IMG/VR virus record: IMGVR_UViG_3300005326_000098
Span: 1 to 32,122 of that record
Length of the DNA stretch: 32,122 bases
DNA from: a virus
Lineage: Duplodnaviria; Caudoviricetes
Direction: 5' to 3' (one strand)
Made by a program: the position numbers and the translations under genes. This document shows positions 6,743-16,241 of this stretch, one piece after another (positions within the stretch are counted from its first letter, which is position 1; every line of letters starts with the position of its first letter). Below the pieces are notes generated by a model. The model was not told the DNA's origin. It was given only the letters and a program-made list of their open reading frames with translations, and did not search any database.

Positions 6743-9571
6743 CTATTCATTGGTGATGGGTTCATTGTTTACGTTTGTATCTTCCAAAGAAATGTAGGCT
6801 TTGCTGTTGTGTATTACTTTCTCCCCATCTGCGTAGGGGGTGATGGCATTCCACTCCCCAATCCAGTTTTGGTCATCCTCACTCACATCCCTGACATACA
6901 CCCCCCACTCCCCATACACCCCACGGTTTGTGGGTTGCCAGCTTACGTCGATGTTTGACTGGTATTCCCCCGTGACACGTCGTGACATGCGTTCGGTTAG
7001 GGTGAGGGAGGTAGCAGGGTTGAAGATGTTGGCAACCGCCTTAAACAGGCCCGTGGGGGCAGCAGGGGAGGTGTAGATGGATGTGGAGTAGTCTATGGCA
7101 GTGATTAGGCGAATTTGGTCGGAAGTACGGGTTATTGCTATTATGCGGACGAGGGTGTAGAGGAGGTTTTGGAGGCCGAAAGCGTATAGGTCATATTGTA
7201 CCGGCGTGATGGTCCATTCGGCTGCGAATGTAAGGAGGGATGCAGTGCCCGCTGCATTGGTTATGGCATTGCGTTCAATAACACCGGTAGAGGCAGAACG
7301 TATTTCCAGTTCGTATGTCCCTGTCCCTATGGTAACTTCCCTGTCCAGGAGGATGGCAGGGGTGCCAGTGCCTGGGTGGGTTGCCCAGTACTGCACTATC
7401 CTCCCCCCATTCCCCCACAGTGGTACGTTGTGTTGGACTTTTACAACGTCGCCGGGTTCTGCTGCCAATGCGTCTGCTGCCACCTCAAACGATATGGTGC
7501 GTTTTTGGTAGGTGTTACACAGTAACCGATAGGAGGCGAGGTCGTATGCCTGTGACCAATCTGTCACACCGTAAAGGTACATGCGGGCAGCATCACGTAG
7601 GGATGCGTCTGTGTCATAAGTACTGCTATATACTGAAAATATTGTGCGGGCATAGTCGCGTGTTACATCGAAAAACGTGGCTTCTATCACATTGGCTTTT
7701 TTGTTGGGGTCGAACCAATGCTCTTTAAACGAACCCGAAACAATATTGCCGACAGTGAAGAGTTGGGCAGGGGTTTCCGCCTTGTCGATCACACAGGATA
7801 TTTCTGCCCCCGCCACTGTCACCATCCCCCTCCCCTCCTCACATATTCTCAGTACTGCATCCCACAGTGTCATGAAGGAGTCGAAGGTGATGTTGAGGGT
7901 GTAGTCGAGGGTGTTGGGGGGTACTGCTGCCAACCATGTCGCCCATGTATCAAAGGCGGCGTAGTTGATACGGGAGGGGGCTATCCCCGCCCCGTATGTG
8001 AAGGGTTTGGGGTGATCAGCATGGCCAGACGCCAGTAGGTCGTAGATGGCCCATGCGTGTTTGTTGGCTGGCATGTCATCCCACACGGCTGTATCGGGGT
8101 TGTAGACTTCGACAGTGGAGCGTTCAGGAACACAGGTGAGTTCAAAGTCGTTGGAGAGTTGGCCAGATGCCAGGGCACGGATGCCAAGTAGGGCTTCTCC
8201 TGGGTAGGAGAAGTTGTCGTAGACGATGGAGGATACATTGAGAAAGGTTACAGGTACAGTGTCCCCTGCTATACCACCTGCAAACGTCCCCCTAACCACA
8301 CCAACCCTTACATAGTACTGCCCCATAGCGATAGTATTTCTTCTGTTGTAATCCACATCCACAGCACGGATTGACACAAGGAAACTCTTATTATTATTAC
8401 GGGTTATACGTCCATACCTGTAAATATTACCATCACCTGCTGTGTAATCTCCTGCATACACAAACGCTGTGGTGGGTAATGCCTCCATGTGGAAGTTGGA
8501 CCAGTTAGCGTCCCCCGCTTTTTTATACTGTGCATAGATGTAGGCGTGGCTGGTATCAGCTTCCCCCCTATTTCCTATATAATATAACCCTCCAGGGAAT
8601 TGTAGGTCTATTTGGAGGTTTTGGCTGTCTGTTGAACCCAGCAATACAGTAGTCCATAGAGGCCCTGCTGGATCGTCAGGGCTGAAATCAGGTAGTAAGG
8701 TGCCTTGAGGTTCGTTGGAATGTGTGGTGCTAAACCCACTCATCACACACTGGTCTGCTGTCCCTGGCCGTGTGTCATACTCTACATCATGGTAGTTTTC
8801 AATGGGGTTGCCATTGATTTGGATGGAGGTGATGTCGGCCAGTCCATGCCCGTACTTCCACAACCCCATTGCCCGTTGGACGATGAAGGGTTGGTTCCAT
8901 GTGGACACCCATTGGGTAAGGGTGGTGTGGTTGCGGATGAAGGTGGCACCAGGGAAGTCGGGGTGAGTGCGTTCATCCCCCACTGCCCCCACCTCACCCT
9001 GCACCCATGCTTGTATGGAAGACCGGGTATCGATTTCATGTCCAGCTACGGAGTACAATACGTGAAGGTACTGTTTGTCCCCGTCCGTTACGATGAAACG
9101 GTTTTTGATGACAGGCTTTACACGGGTTTTGCCGTAGATTACAGGCATGGCCGTACCGTCTGAGGCGGTGCGGTTGGCACTGTGACGCCAGTTGTAACTG
9201 TCAGACAGGGTTTGTTCTTTGCTTGTTTTGGCAGGGAGGAAGGCGTTGAGGAGGAGGTTGCCCCCCATATACAAGAACAGCCCCCATCTGGGTACAAAGG
9301 AGGTAGCCAACAATGCAAATTGAAGTACAGTACGGGTGGTGGCACGATCCCCCCCAGCCGGTATCAGGGCTGCCACCACCTCATCCCCTTGCATGGGGGT
9401 GAAGGTGTCGATGGGGGTGGTGAGTTCACGTTTGTTGACATACACCACCCACCCACTCTCACTTTTGGGTAGGTAGTGGGGAAGGGGGTGGCCGATTGGC
9501 AACAGTTCAGGTTTTTCGTTATTACCAGTAAAGGCAGGGGCGAGTATGGTTGTGAGCTTAAACATAATCAT
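6743..9571 (-). CDS. Tail tip / host-specificity protein, lambda gpI+gpJ-like fusion
   Basis: N-terminal gpI-like segment; MPVIYGKTRV, AWAIYDLL and EPGDVVKV motifs; follows L and K genes. Confidence 0.85.
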   Translation of the reverse strand: MIMFKLTTILAPAFTGNNEKPELLPIGHPLPHYLPKSESGWVVYVNKRELTTPIDTFTPMQGDEVVAALIPAGGDRATTRTVLQFALLATSFVPRWGLFLYMGGNLLLNAFLPAKTSKEQTLSDSYNWRHSANRTASDGTAMPVIYGKTRVKPVIKNRFIVTDGDKQYLHVLYSVAGHEIDTRSSIQAWVQGEVGAVGDERTHPDFPGATFIRNHTTLTQWVSTWNQPFIVQRAMGLWKYGHGLADITSIQINGNPIENYHDVEYDTRPGTADQCVMSGFSTTHSNEPQGTLLPDFSPDDPAGPLWTTVLLGSTDSQNLQIDLQFPGGLYYIGNRGEADTSHAYIYAQYKKAGDANWSNFHMEALPTTAFVYAGDYTAGDGNIYRYGRITRNNNKSFLVSIRAVDVDYNRRNTIAMGQYYVRVGVVRGTFAGGIAGDTVPVTFLNVSSIVYDNFSYPGEALLGIRALASGQLSNDFELTCVPERSTVEVYNPDTAVWDDMPANKHAWAIYDLLASGHADHPKPFTYGAGIAPSRINYAAFDTWATWLAAVPPNTLDYTLNITFDSFMTLWDAVLRICEEGRGMVTVAGAEISCVIDKAETPAQLFTVGNIVSGSFKEHWFDPNKKANVIEATFFDVTRDYARTIFSVYSSTYDTDASLRDAARMYLYGVTDWSQAYDLASYRLLCNTYQKRTISFEVAADALAAEPGDVVKVQHNVPLWGNGGRIVQYWATHPGTGTPAILLDREVTIGTGTYELEIRSASTGVIERNAITNAAGTASLLTFAAEWTITPVQYDLYAFGLQNLLYTLVRIIAITRTSDQIRLITAIDYSTSIYTSPAAPTGLFKAVANIFNPATSLTLTERMSRRVTGEYQSNIDVSWQPTNRGVYGEWGVYVRDVSEDDQNWIGEWNAITPYADGEKVIHNSKAYISLEDTNVNNEPITNE

Positions 9572-9989
9572 ACCACCCCTCTATACGGTCTAGCCTGGGT
9601 CGTGTGAGTCGGTCCACATGCACACCTTGTGTTGGAGTTGTGTGTAGTATTTTGTCTTCCCCTATCCATATGGCGGTATGGTTGTAATAGACAGGGTGGT
9701 TACGCATAACCACAATAAGAGGGGGTTTGTAGTAGGTGTCAGGGTCAAGTTTGGTGTGAATATACCACCTTCTCCCCCCAACCCGTCTAAACAGTCGTGC
9801 CTGTTCTCGTATAGTGTGGCTTACTTCGGTTATGCGGGTGTGGTTGACACGGGTGTATGGGGGGAGGTCAACGTGTTTAAGGTCTTTGTATACGAGCATC
9901 ACCAACCCCCAGCAGTCAAGGCCTGGGTCAGGGGGACGCCCCCCATCGACAAAAGGTATTGACAGGTACTTTTCCACGTCCAGTAGCAT
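9558..9989 (-). CDS. NlpC/P60 tail assembly protein (gpK-like)
   Basis: GLDCWGLV catalytic Cys; HTAIWIG..KILH. Confidence 0.9.
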   Translation of the reverse strand: MLLDVEKYLSIPFVDGGRPPDPGLDCWGLVMLVYKDLKHVDLPPYTRVNHTRITEVSHTIREQARLFRRVGGRRWYIHTKLDPDTYYKPPLIVVMRNHPVYYNHTAIWIGEDKILHTTPTQGVHVDRLTRPRLDRIEGWYDYV

Positions 9990-9992
9990 GTA

Positions 9993-10625
9993 TTAGCCCC
10001 CGTATACATCTTCCGCTATCCCTGGTGATCCCCCGAAGTGAAGGGAGTTGGCAAGGGTGCGGCAGCGGGTGAGGGTGTGGTTGCACGTCGTTTGGGAGCC
10101 TGTGTACTGGCAGTAATCCCCCTTGAAGAGAAAACGGCACAAACTGGGTACATAGCGGTCACGGGGGAAACGGGTGGTTAGGGGGTTGGGGATGCCGAGG
10201 GTGAAGGTGACCCAGTTGGCGTCCTGTTCGGTTTCCAATATTTCAAATATGTAAGTTAGTTCTGGTGTGAGGGCAAGGTGGTCGGAGTGGACGAGTTTTA
10301 TTGTGACTGTGGACCCTATTAGCCCGTTATAGGTGTTGAGGGAGTCTGCAAACTCATTGGTGGTGGAGCCGATATAGACATAGGGGGTGTGGCCAATGCG
10401 AAGTGTGAAGGTGGGGAGGTCACCTTGCAGAGTTTCGTTTATGTCCCCAAACTCCATCGCCGTGGGGTAATAGGTGTAGGTGTTGTAGGTGATGCTGGCG
10501 TGGTTACGCACGTAGCGGTTGGTGGAGGCTGTGGCGGGGTGGTAGAGTTCCACCAACAGTAACAGTGCCCCGGCGTCCCCTATTTGGTTTATTTCCGCCT
10601 GTATGTCCGCAGATATTGTTTTCAT
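9993..10625 (-). CDS. Minor tail protein, lambda gpL-like (Fe-S binding)
   Basis: C-terminal CRFLFKGDYCQY...CNHTLTRC...FGG.PG motif. Confidence 0.85.
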   Translation of the reverse strand: MKTISADIQAEINQIGDAGALLLLVELYHPATASTNRYVRNHASITYNTYTYYPTAMEFGDINETLQGDLPTFTLRIGHTPYVYIGSTTNEFADSLNTYNGLIGSTVTIKLVHSDHLALTPELTYIFEILETEQDANWVTFTLGIPNPLTTRFPRDRYVPSLCRFLFKGDYCQYTGSQTTCNHTLTRCRTLANSLHFGGSPGIAEDVYGG

Positions 10626-10990
10626 ACTTCCACCAATGATAGTGTCACGTTCCAGTGGGTGAAGTTGGTGTCAGGTACCGGGTCGTATTTTATGGGTTCA
10701 GCGTAACACACGTTGTAGGAGGTGGCGTTGTGGGGGGCGGTCCAGGCAAAATAGTCCCCACCTACGTTTTGGGCTACTTCGTGTGCAACCAAAAGGTCTT
10801 TGTCGGCTGTGGAGATGGAGGAGAAGGTGACCAGCCATTGTTTGGGGGATCGGGTAAAGCGAGCACGGGTGATGGTGTAACCTGCCTCCATCGGGGTACG
10901 GATGGTGGGGTCCATTGCACGGGTGATGTTTTGGACAGTGACACGGTTGGGTTTACTCAGAGTAGGCCAGGTTGCCATGTTCAACTCCAT
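10622..10990 (-). CDS. Distal tail protein, lambda gpM-like
   Basis: 122 aa, between tape measure and gpL; FAWTAP motif. Confidence 0.75.
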   Translation of the reverse strand: MELNMATWPTLSKPNRVTVQNITRAMDPTIRTPMEAGYTITRARFTRSPKQWLVTFSSISTADKDLLVAHEVAQNVGGDYFAWTAPHNATSYNVCYAEPIKYDPVPDTNFTHWNVTLSLVEV

Positions 10991-11017
10991 ATATTACTAG
11001 TACTGGTAACAGTACTG

Positions 11018-13537
11018 TTAGTATTCAGGTTGGAAAGACCGTTTGAAGGAAGGGTTGGTTCCCAGCCTCTTCATCACCACGTTTACGATATATTCTTCCC
11101 CGTTAAACCGTGCCGGTCCTTCCTGTTCTGCTTCAACTTGTACACCGGATTGGTTGACGATGTTGAACGCCACCTTGGGTGTGCCGACGTTGGGTAGGGA
11201 TGATTGGTATTGGGGGGTGTATTCAGGCAGGAGTAGGCCCCCAACAGTGGTAGGGGTGTTGCGGTTGGTAAGATCACCCCACAACGTCCCCAGGGTAAGA
11301 GGTGACCCCACCCCTTCCCCATTACGGTTTACCCCTTTCCCAAACATAGCCCAAAACATTTGGTTGGCTGCCATTTCCGCAATCATACGGGTGAAGGAGG
11401 AAAGTATAGACTGGAAGAGCTTGTCCATGAACGTGCTGAACGAAGAGCCTTTTTGCATCATATAGTCGAAAGCGTCAGCCCACCCAGTGACAATGTTGTT
11501 GAGGGCTGAATCCACCCCCTCCTGCATTGTCTTCATATTGTTTATGACGAGTTGTACGCCTTTCCTCCACTCCTCGACAATGGGGAGGGTGTTGTTGGCA
11601 CGACTGGGGGCGCGATCCCCCCACCCCTCATACATGGGTTTTTGGAGGGTGATGGGGGAGAAGTTGAACTTCTTTTCCAGTGGTGTGAGTAACTTACCGA
11701 ATATTTGATCAAAGGCTGTGTTAACCACCCCATTGATATAGGACAGTGCTGTACCCAGATCACGTTTAAGGTATGTGAGTGTAAGCCCCCCTATGTCTTG
11801 TAATGACTCATACACATAGTCGGTAGCGTTGACGATAGCCTGTCCTATTTTTGGCATTGTGTCTGCCGCTATACTGAGCATGGAATCCCAGTCTTTTGTA
11901 ATCTGGTCTACTGCTCCCCCCATCCCCATCGTCGCCTGTTTCCACGCTTCATTCCAATCACCCGAAACCGCAGCGGTGATGGCCCTTGCCCACTTATCCA
12001 CAGCCGCAGCAGGTATTTTGCCAATGAACGCCATTCCCCTCATAATAAGCACTATTGCTTTCCCAAACACCCCCAACATATCCACCAGCATAACATCCCA
12101 CTCATCCCGCAGGTAGTTGAATGTGACTTTGAAGTCTTTGGCAAGTTCGGTAAGGTAGGTGGTGGTGGCGTGGTAGAAGTTTTTGGTGACGGTCTGCATA
12201 CCGTTGAAGTTGGAACGCCACATAACCGACAGTACATACAACCCAGCGATAAGTACTGTTATGGAGTTGAAGGGGTTGGACACGACTGCAAACAACCCTT
12301 TTGCAATGTCAGCCACTGCACGAAAGGCAGAGACGAAACTGGGGAGGATGAGGGCTGCTGTCCCCAGTACCACTGCCAACGCACTGATCTTCACCACCAA
12401 CTCCCCAATGTGCTTTATGGCTTCCTGGTTGACATCCACCCACTCCCGCCACACTGCAAACTTTTCCTGTAGGGTGTTGGCCCATGTGGTGAAGGTGGGG
12501 ACCAACGCCTGGGCTATGTGACGTGTGAGGGATTGGAGGGTTTGCCACATCCGGCCTAATTGGTCGAGGAACGACTTCATCTGTCTTTGGGCTACGTTTT
12601 CAGCAGCTTGTCCTGCCCCCTCTATTTCCTGGGAGAATGCTTTGATGTTGTCCGCCCCTACCTGGAAAAGGGCGATCATGGCAGGGAGGGCACGGCGTCC
12701 AAATAGGGTTTCCAACACGATGTTTCGGGTTTCCTCTGTTGCCCCTTGCAACCGGGTTTGGAGTTGGGCAAGGATGTCAACAAAGGGTTTGGTGCGGCCC
12801 GTGCTATCGTATATTTGTAGTCCAAGGTCCCGTATCATGCGACGGGTGTCGGTCATTGGGGAGGCCAATGCCGTTAACGCAAAACGAATAGCAGTACCCG
12901 ACTTTGACCCCCGTATTCCCTCATTGGCTACCAGGGCAAGCATGGCAGATAGGTCGGATAGGGAGTTGTTCATGGCCTGGGCGGGTTTGGCGGAATAGGA
13001 TAGGGCGATGAGCATATCCCCCAAGTCCTGTGTGGAACGGTTGACAGCCTCAGTAACTATGTCCACAACTTTGCCAGTTTGGGAGAAGGAGTAGTGGAAG
13101 GCGTTCATGGTGTTGATGACGCCTTCCGTTGTTTCCTGTAAGTCCTCCAACATGGCTTTGGACGCCACAATCATATGGGGAAATGCTTGCATTTGTTCAG
13201 CAGCAGTAAGCCCCGCCCTCCCCATGTATAGGTAGGCTTTGGCTGTTTCTGTCGCTGCCATATTCCACTTGATCGCAGTGTCTTCAGCAGTTTTGGACAT
13301 AGAGGCGAAGGTTTCTTCCATCATGTCGTTCAGGACAGAAGTAGCACGACGCATCTCCCTCTCAAACTCACCATATTGCTTGGTGAGTTTGTAGATGGCT
13401 GCGGTGGCCACTGCCCCGTAGGTTACCGCCACCCTCCCCAGTGTTCTCAGGTCGGTTAGTACCTTCCCATGCCCTGTGTCCCAAGATCGGGTATTGAGTA
13501 CTATCCTCCCTACAACCGCCCCTGCATCATATGACAT
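11018..13537 (-). CDS. Tail tape measure protein
   Basis: 839 aa, Ala-rich helical; LVANEGIRGSKSGTAIR core motif; follows the tail chaperones. Confidence 0.92.
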   Translation of the reverse strand: MSYDAGAVVGRIVLNTRSWDTGHGKVLTDLRTLGRVAVTYGAVATAAIYKLTKQYGEFEREMRRATSVLNDMMEETFASMSKTAEDTAIKWNMAATETAKAYLYMGRAGLTAAEQMQAFPHMIVASKAMLEDLQETTEGVINTMNAFHYSFSQTGKVVDIVTEAVNRSTQDLGDMLIALSYSAKPAQAMNNSLSDLSAMLALVANEGIRGSKSGTAIRFALTALASPMTDTRRMIRDLGLQIYDSTGRTKPFVDILAQLQTRLQGATEETRNIVLETLFGRRALPAMIALFQVGADNIKAFSQEIEGAGQAAENVAQRQMKSFLDQLGRMWQTLQSLTRHIAQALVPTFTTWANTLQEKFAVWREWVDVNQEAIKHIGELVVKISALAVVLGTAALILPSFVSAFRAVADIAKGLFAVVSNPFNSITVLIAGLYVLSVMWRSNFNGMQTVTKNFYHATTTYLTELAKDFKVTFNYLRDEWDVMLVDMLGVFGKAIVLIMRGMAFIGKIPAAAVDKWARAITAAVSGDWNEAWKQATMGMGGAVDQITKDWDSMLSIAADTMPKIGQAIVNATDYVYESLQDIGGLTLTYLKRDLGTALSYINGVVNTAFDQIFGKLLTPLEKKFNFSPITLQKPMYEGWGDRAPSRANNTLPIVEEWRKGVQLVINNMKTMQEGVDSALNNIVTGWADAFDYMMQKGSSFSTFMDKLFQSILSSFTRMIAEMAANQMFWAMFGKGVNRNGEGVGSPLTLGTLWGDLTNRNTPTTVGGLLLPEYTPQYQSSLPNVGTPKVAFNIVNQSGVQVEAEQEGPARFNGEEYIVNVVMKRLGTNPSFKRSFQPEY

Positions 13538-13540
13538 GGG

Positions 13541-13807
13541 TTATCCCTTTTTTATGTCGTGCAATACTTCCCATGTTGCTTTCCTCCTATCCTTCCTCAC
13601 CCAAATGGGGTCGAGGGAGTGGATGAAGTCTTCGTATTGCCCTTTGTCCGCCCCTACCGCTATTCGTATGGCAGTGGTGAGGGCTTTGAGTTTGTTGGCC
13701 TCCACCTCCTTTGCCATTGAGTCGAACAGGGCGAAGAGGCGGGGGTCCATGTGGGAAAGTTGAGATAGGGTGAATAAGCCGGGGAAGACGTGGGCAATGT
13801 TGCCCAA
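13541..13807 (-). CDS. Tail assembly chaperone C-terminal extension (gpT-like, expressed by -1 frameshift)
   Basis: In the -1 frame of the upstream chaperone and open from the slippery site; lacks a good start of its own. Confidence 0.75.
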   Translation of the reverse strand: MGNIAHVFPGLFTLSQLSHMDPRLFALFDSMAKEVEANKLKALTTAIRIAVGADKGQYEDFIHSLDPIWVRKDRRKATWEVLHDIKKG

Positions 13808-13812
13808 AGCGG

Positions 13813-14121
13813 TTATACGGTTTCCCCGGCCTGTTCTTTTCCCTCTGCTGCCCCCTGCACCTGTTCGGTAAAGGCGGTTACCAGTTTTTGCAAAGCGAGT
13901 TGAACTTTGCGAAAGTCCACTCGGACAAATGTCGTGTCCCCCACCCCAAGTAAACGTGCGAGTAGGGAGGAGGCACGGGTTTGGTCATTGCCTGTGTTGG
14001 CAAACTCCCGCATGTCGTCTTCCGTCACCACTCCCAAGGTGTACTGTTTGCCGTTGAGGGTGATGGTGATGGGCGGGAAGGCTTCTTCCGCCAGCTTGTC
14101 GATGTCGATGTTCTGTGCCAC
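13813..14121 (-). CDS. Tail assembly chaperone (gpG-like; start revised to GTG 14121)
   Basis: RBS AAGGGGGAGTT-GTG; between tail tube and tape measure; slippery site near 3' end. Confidence 0.8.
   Translation of the reverse strand: MAQNIDIDKLAEEAFPPITITLNGKQYTLGVVTEDDMREFANTGNDQTRASSLLARLLGVGDTTFVRVDFRKVQLALQKLVTAFTEQVQGAAEGKEQAGETV
13837..13843 (-). other. Programmed -1 ribosomal frameshift site G GGA AAA
   Basis: GAG GGA AAA GAA gives X XXY YYZ in the correct phase; -1 slip reads RTGRGNRITALGNIAHVF into ORF 13541-13807. Confidence 0.85.
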
Positions 14122-14161
14122 AACTCCCCCTTGTGTATGGGTAAAGGTTTGGGTAAAGGTT

Positions 14162-14190
14162 TGGGTGGGGGTGGTTGGGGCCCCCACCCA
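14162..14190. promoter_or_regulatory. GC-rich hairpin after the major tail gene
   Basis: TGGGTGGGGG-N9-CCCCCACCCA, 10-bp stem. Confidence 0.6.
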
Positions 14191-14209
14191 CTGTCACGAA
14201 TGGTGAGGG

Positions 14210-14734
14210 TTACACCCCCATCCTCCACACTTCCTTTGTCGACTCGTCAGGGTAACAATGGAAGTCAACCATGTAAATGCGCTGCCCTTCCGTGTTATAG
14301 ACAGGTTCAAAGTTAGCCATAGGATAGGCGTGAAGGAATATCATGAAGTTTGCATCCGTCGTGTCATCCGTCCCATCTACAACCGGCTTCAACACGAGGA
14401 TTTGGGAGTTGGCGTAGTGTGGTGTGCCCACTTTGTTGTTGAGCACCTTCACACCCCCGCTTTCTCCACCGGAATTGGACCCACCCTTCACTACCGACGC
14501 CAGTTGCGCCATTGTAAGGCGTGTGAGGGGGACATTGACAATGACTTTTTCACTGCCGACCATCACACCATCGACAGGAGTACGGCCATTGGCATTCTCC
14601 CTCACATCCGCTACCAACTGGGCAAAATTCCACTTCACATCACCTTCCGACTTGCCCACTTCGGTAGCCCCTGCAACAGTTGAGCCATAGTATATTTTAC
14701 AGGGTCCAAGATCACGTCCCACACCCATAAACAC
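14210..14734 (-). CDS. Major tail tube protein
   Basis: 174 aa; LGPCKIYYG...VGKSEGDV N-terminus; strong RBS AAGGAG; synteny. Confidence 0.8.
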   Translation of the reverse strand: MFMGVGRDLGPCKIYYGSTVAGATEVGKSEGDVKWNFAQLVADVRENANGRTPVDGVMVGSEKVIVNVPLTRLTMAQLASVVKGGSNSGGESGGVKVLNNKVGTPHYANSQILVLKPVVDGTDDTTDANFMIFLHAYPMANFEPVYNTEGQRIYMVDFHCYPDESTKEVWRMGV

Positions 14735-14761
14735 TTCTCCTTACTTTTTCAAGCTGTACAC

Positions 14762-15154
14762 CTACGGTGTCTTGAATTTGATTGTTACGTTGAATACATA
14801 CATCTCCCTGCCTTTGTCGTCTTGCCCGATATGGTACGGGGTAGACGCCTCCAAACACCCCTCATACAACTCCCCACTCGTCACGACTGGGAAGAGGATG
14901 TGCCATTTGCCGTGGAGAGCTTTGAATACTGTTGTGGCACGACTGCGGGCGGTGAAGAAGGAGAGGGCGCGGGAAACAATACGAAACGTCTGCCACACCT
15001 CGTCAGTGTTAAGGCCGTTGGCCATGCCGGGTGTGAGTTCTTCGACAATGACAGCCGTGTCTGCACTAGCCGTGGTAATGCGTCCAGCGAACAGATCAGT
15101 GCCGATGGTGTAGCCTGTCTTGTTGTAAATATGTGTGACGAGTTCCTTTAACAT
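14762..15154 (-). CDS. Tail terminator (minor capsid-type neck protein)
   Basis: IGTDLFAG and PYHIGQDDKGR..YVFN motifs; immediately before the tail tube gene. Confidence 0.75.
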   Translation of the reverse strand: MLKELVTHIYNKTGYTIGTDLFAGRITTASADTAVIVEELTPGMANGLNTDEVWQTFRIVSRALSFFTARSRATTVFKALHGKWHILFPVVTSGELYEGCLEASTPYHIGQDDKGREMYVFNVTIKFKTP

Positions 15155-15204
15155 AGCAGTCCTAATACTGTTATTAGTAATAATTACTATTAATAGTAAT
15201 TGGG

Positions 15205-15453
15205 TTATTCGGGATCAGTGTCCGGTATGTCCCCTGTTTCATCGTCTATGTCGTCGGTTAGCGACTTCTCAGAGTATTTCCCCGTCCCCATAATAGGCCC
15301 TGTTTCCATCTTCACCACCCCACGTTCAGTAACAGTACGGTTTTTGGCTGTTTGGGACATGGTGAGGGCAGGTTCGGGTTTGGATATGGGTTTGGGTTTC
15401 TGCACTGGTTTCCGTTCTTGTACTTCCGTCATAGTGATGAAGTTGTCTGTCAT
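15205..15453 (-). CDS. Small hypothetical protein with acidic tail
   Basis: RBS AGGGGGAGGCC-ATG; ATGA overlap with the upstream gene. Confidence 0.6.
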   Translation of the reverse strand: MTDNFITMTEVQERKPVQKPKPISKPEPALTMSQTAKNRTVTERGVVKMETGPIMGTGKYSEKSLTDDIDDETGDIPDTDPE

Positions 15454-15926
15454 GGCCTCCCCCTGGTTTTTACTTTTTGTGCTATGTGGGCAAAGTATTT
15501 GTTCGCGTTGCCGTAGAGCTTCCGTTCCATGTATTTTATGCCCGCCGTGGGTTCGGAGAAGTGGCCGGATGCAGGAAGATGTTCATGCCACCTTGCCGAA
15601 TATGGAGCATTGAACACCGTTTCCCCTACAATACTTCCCATCCGGGTGCGTGTGGTGGAGGTACGGGTGAGGTACCGTGCTATGCCATGCTGTGACTTTG
15701 ATCTATACCTCCCGTTTACAAACACCGACCCTGACCCACGTAGGTATGTGTTGAGGACAGGGGCTGTGGGTATTTCCGTCACCGTATCATCCAACAACAT
15801 TTGACACGCCTCCCCCACCCCCTCCTTTGCAGCTTGCATTTTGGCTGTGGACCAAGCTACAAACTTTTTGTAAAAGGGGTCAGTGTCAAAGTGTATGGAT
15901 ACGGTTTTAGGCAACCCACACCTCAA
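15450..15926 (-). CDS. Neck / tail completion protein (HK97 gp10-like)
   Basis: APV...LRGSG, FNAPYSARWHE and KYMER motifs; synteny. Confidence 0.7.
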   Translation of the reverse strand: MRCGLPKTVSIHFDTDPFYKKFVAWSTAKMQAAKEGVGEACQMLLDDTVTEIPTAPVLNTYLRGSGSVFVNGRYRSKSQHGIARYLTRTSTTRTRMGSIVGETVFNAPYSARWHEHLPASGHFSEPTAGIKYMERKLYGNANKYFAHIAQKVKTRGRP

Positions 15927-16239
15927 GTATAAAGGTTTTGGTGAGGCTCTTTACTTTGGCAATTTTCAGTATACGATGTTCCACCCCATCTATTGTTATT
16001 CTGTCGTCAGAGTGGATGGTGGCGGTGGCACGACCTGACACTGTTGTTACTATTGTGAGGGGGCGCATACGTACAATGGCAGTACTGACCACAATAGTCC
16101 CATCAGGTGTTTGTATGTTACGGTTTTTCCAGTCGATAAGGGCTTTACGGGAAATGGAGGTGTAGGTAAACTCCCCCCATGTATCCTGGTCGGTTATCTG
16201 CTTGTGGGTGATGTCATCCACCATCTCAGCGTACAGCAT
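15907..16239 (-). CDS. Head closure (stopper) protein
   Basis: 110 aa; DTWGE and DRITIDGVEHRI motifs; follows the adaptor. Confidence 0.7.
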   Translation of the reverse strand: MLYAEMVDDITHKQITDQDTWGEFTYTSISRKALIDWKNRNIQTPDGTIVVSTAIVRMRPLTIVTTVSGRATATIHSDDRITIDGVEHRILKIAKVKSLTKTFILEVWVA

Positions 16240-16241
16240 GG

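Noticed and set aside
6163-6745. Readthrough or frameshift fusing the 942, 187 and 711 aa tail ORFs
   Set aside because: Each downstream ORF has its own purine-rich RBS and ATG; no slippery site seen
4028-9571. Diversity-generating retroelement or invertible tail-fibre cassette
   Set aside because: No reverse transcriptase, invertase or template/variable repeat pair seen in the window
13820-13827. Second slippery-like sequence GGGGAAAC in the chaperone gene
   Set aside because: Not in X XXY YYZ phase with the zero frame
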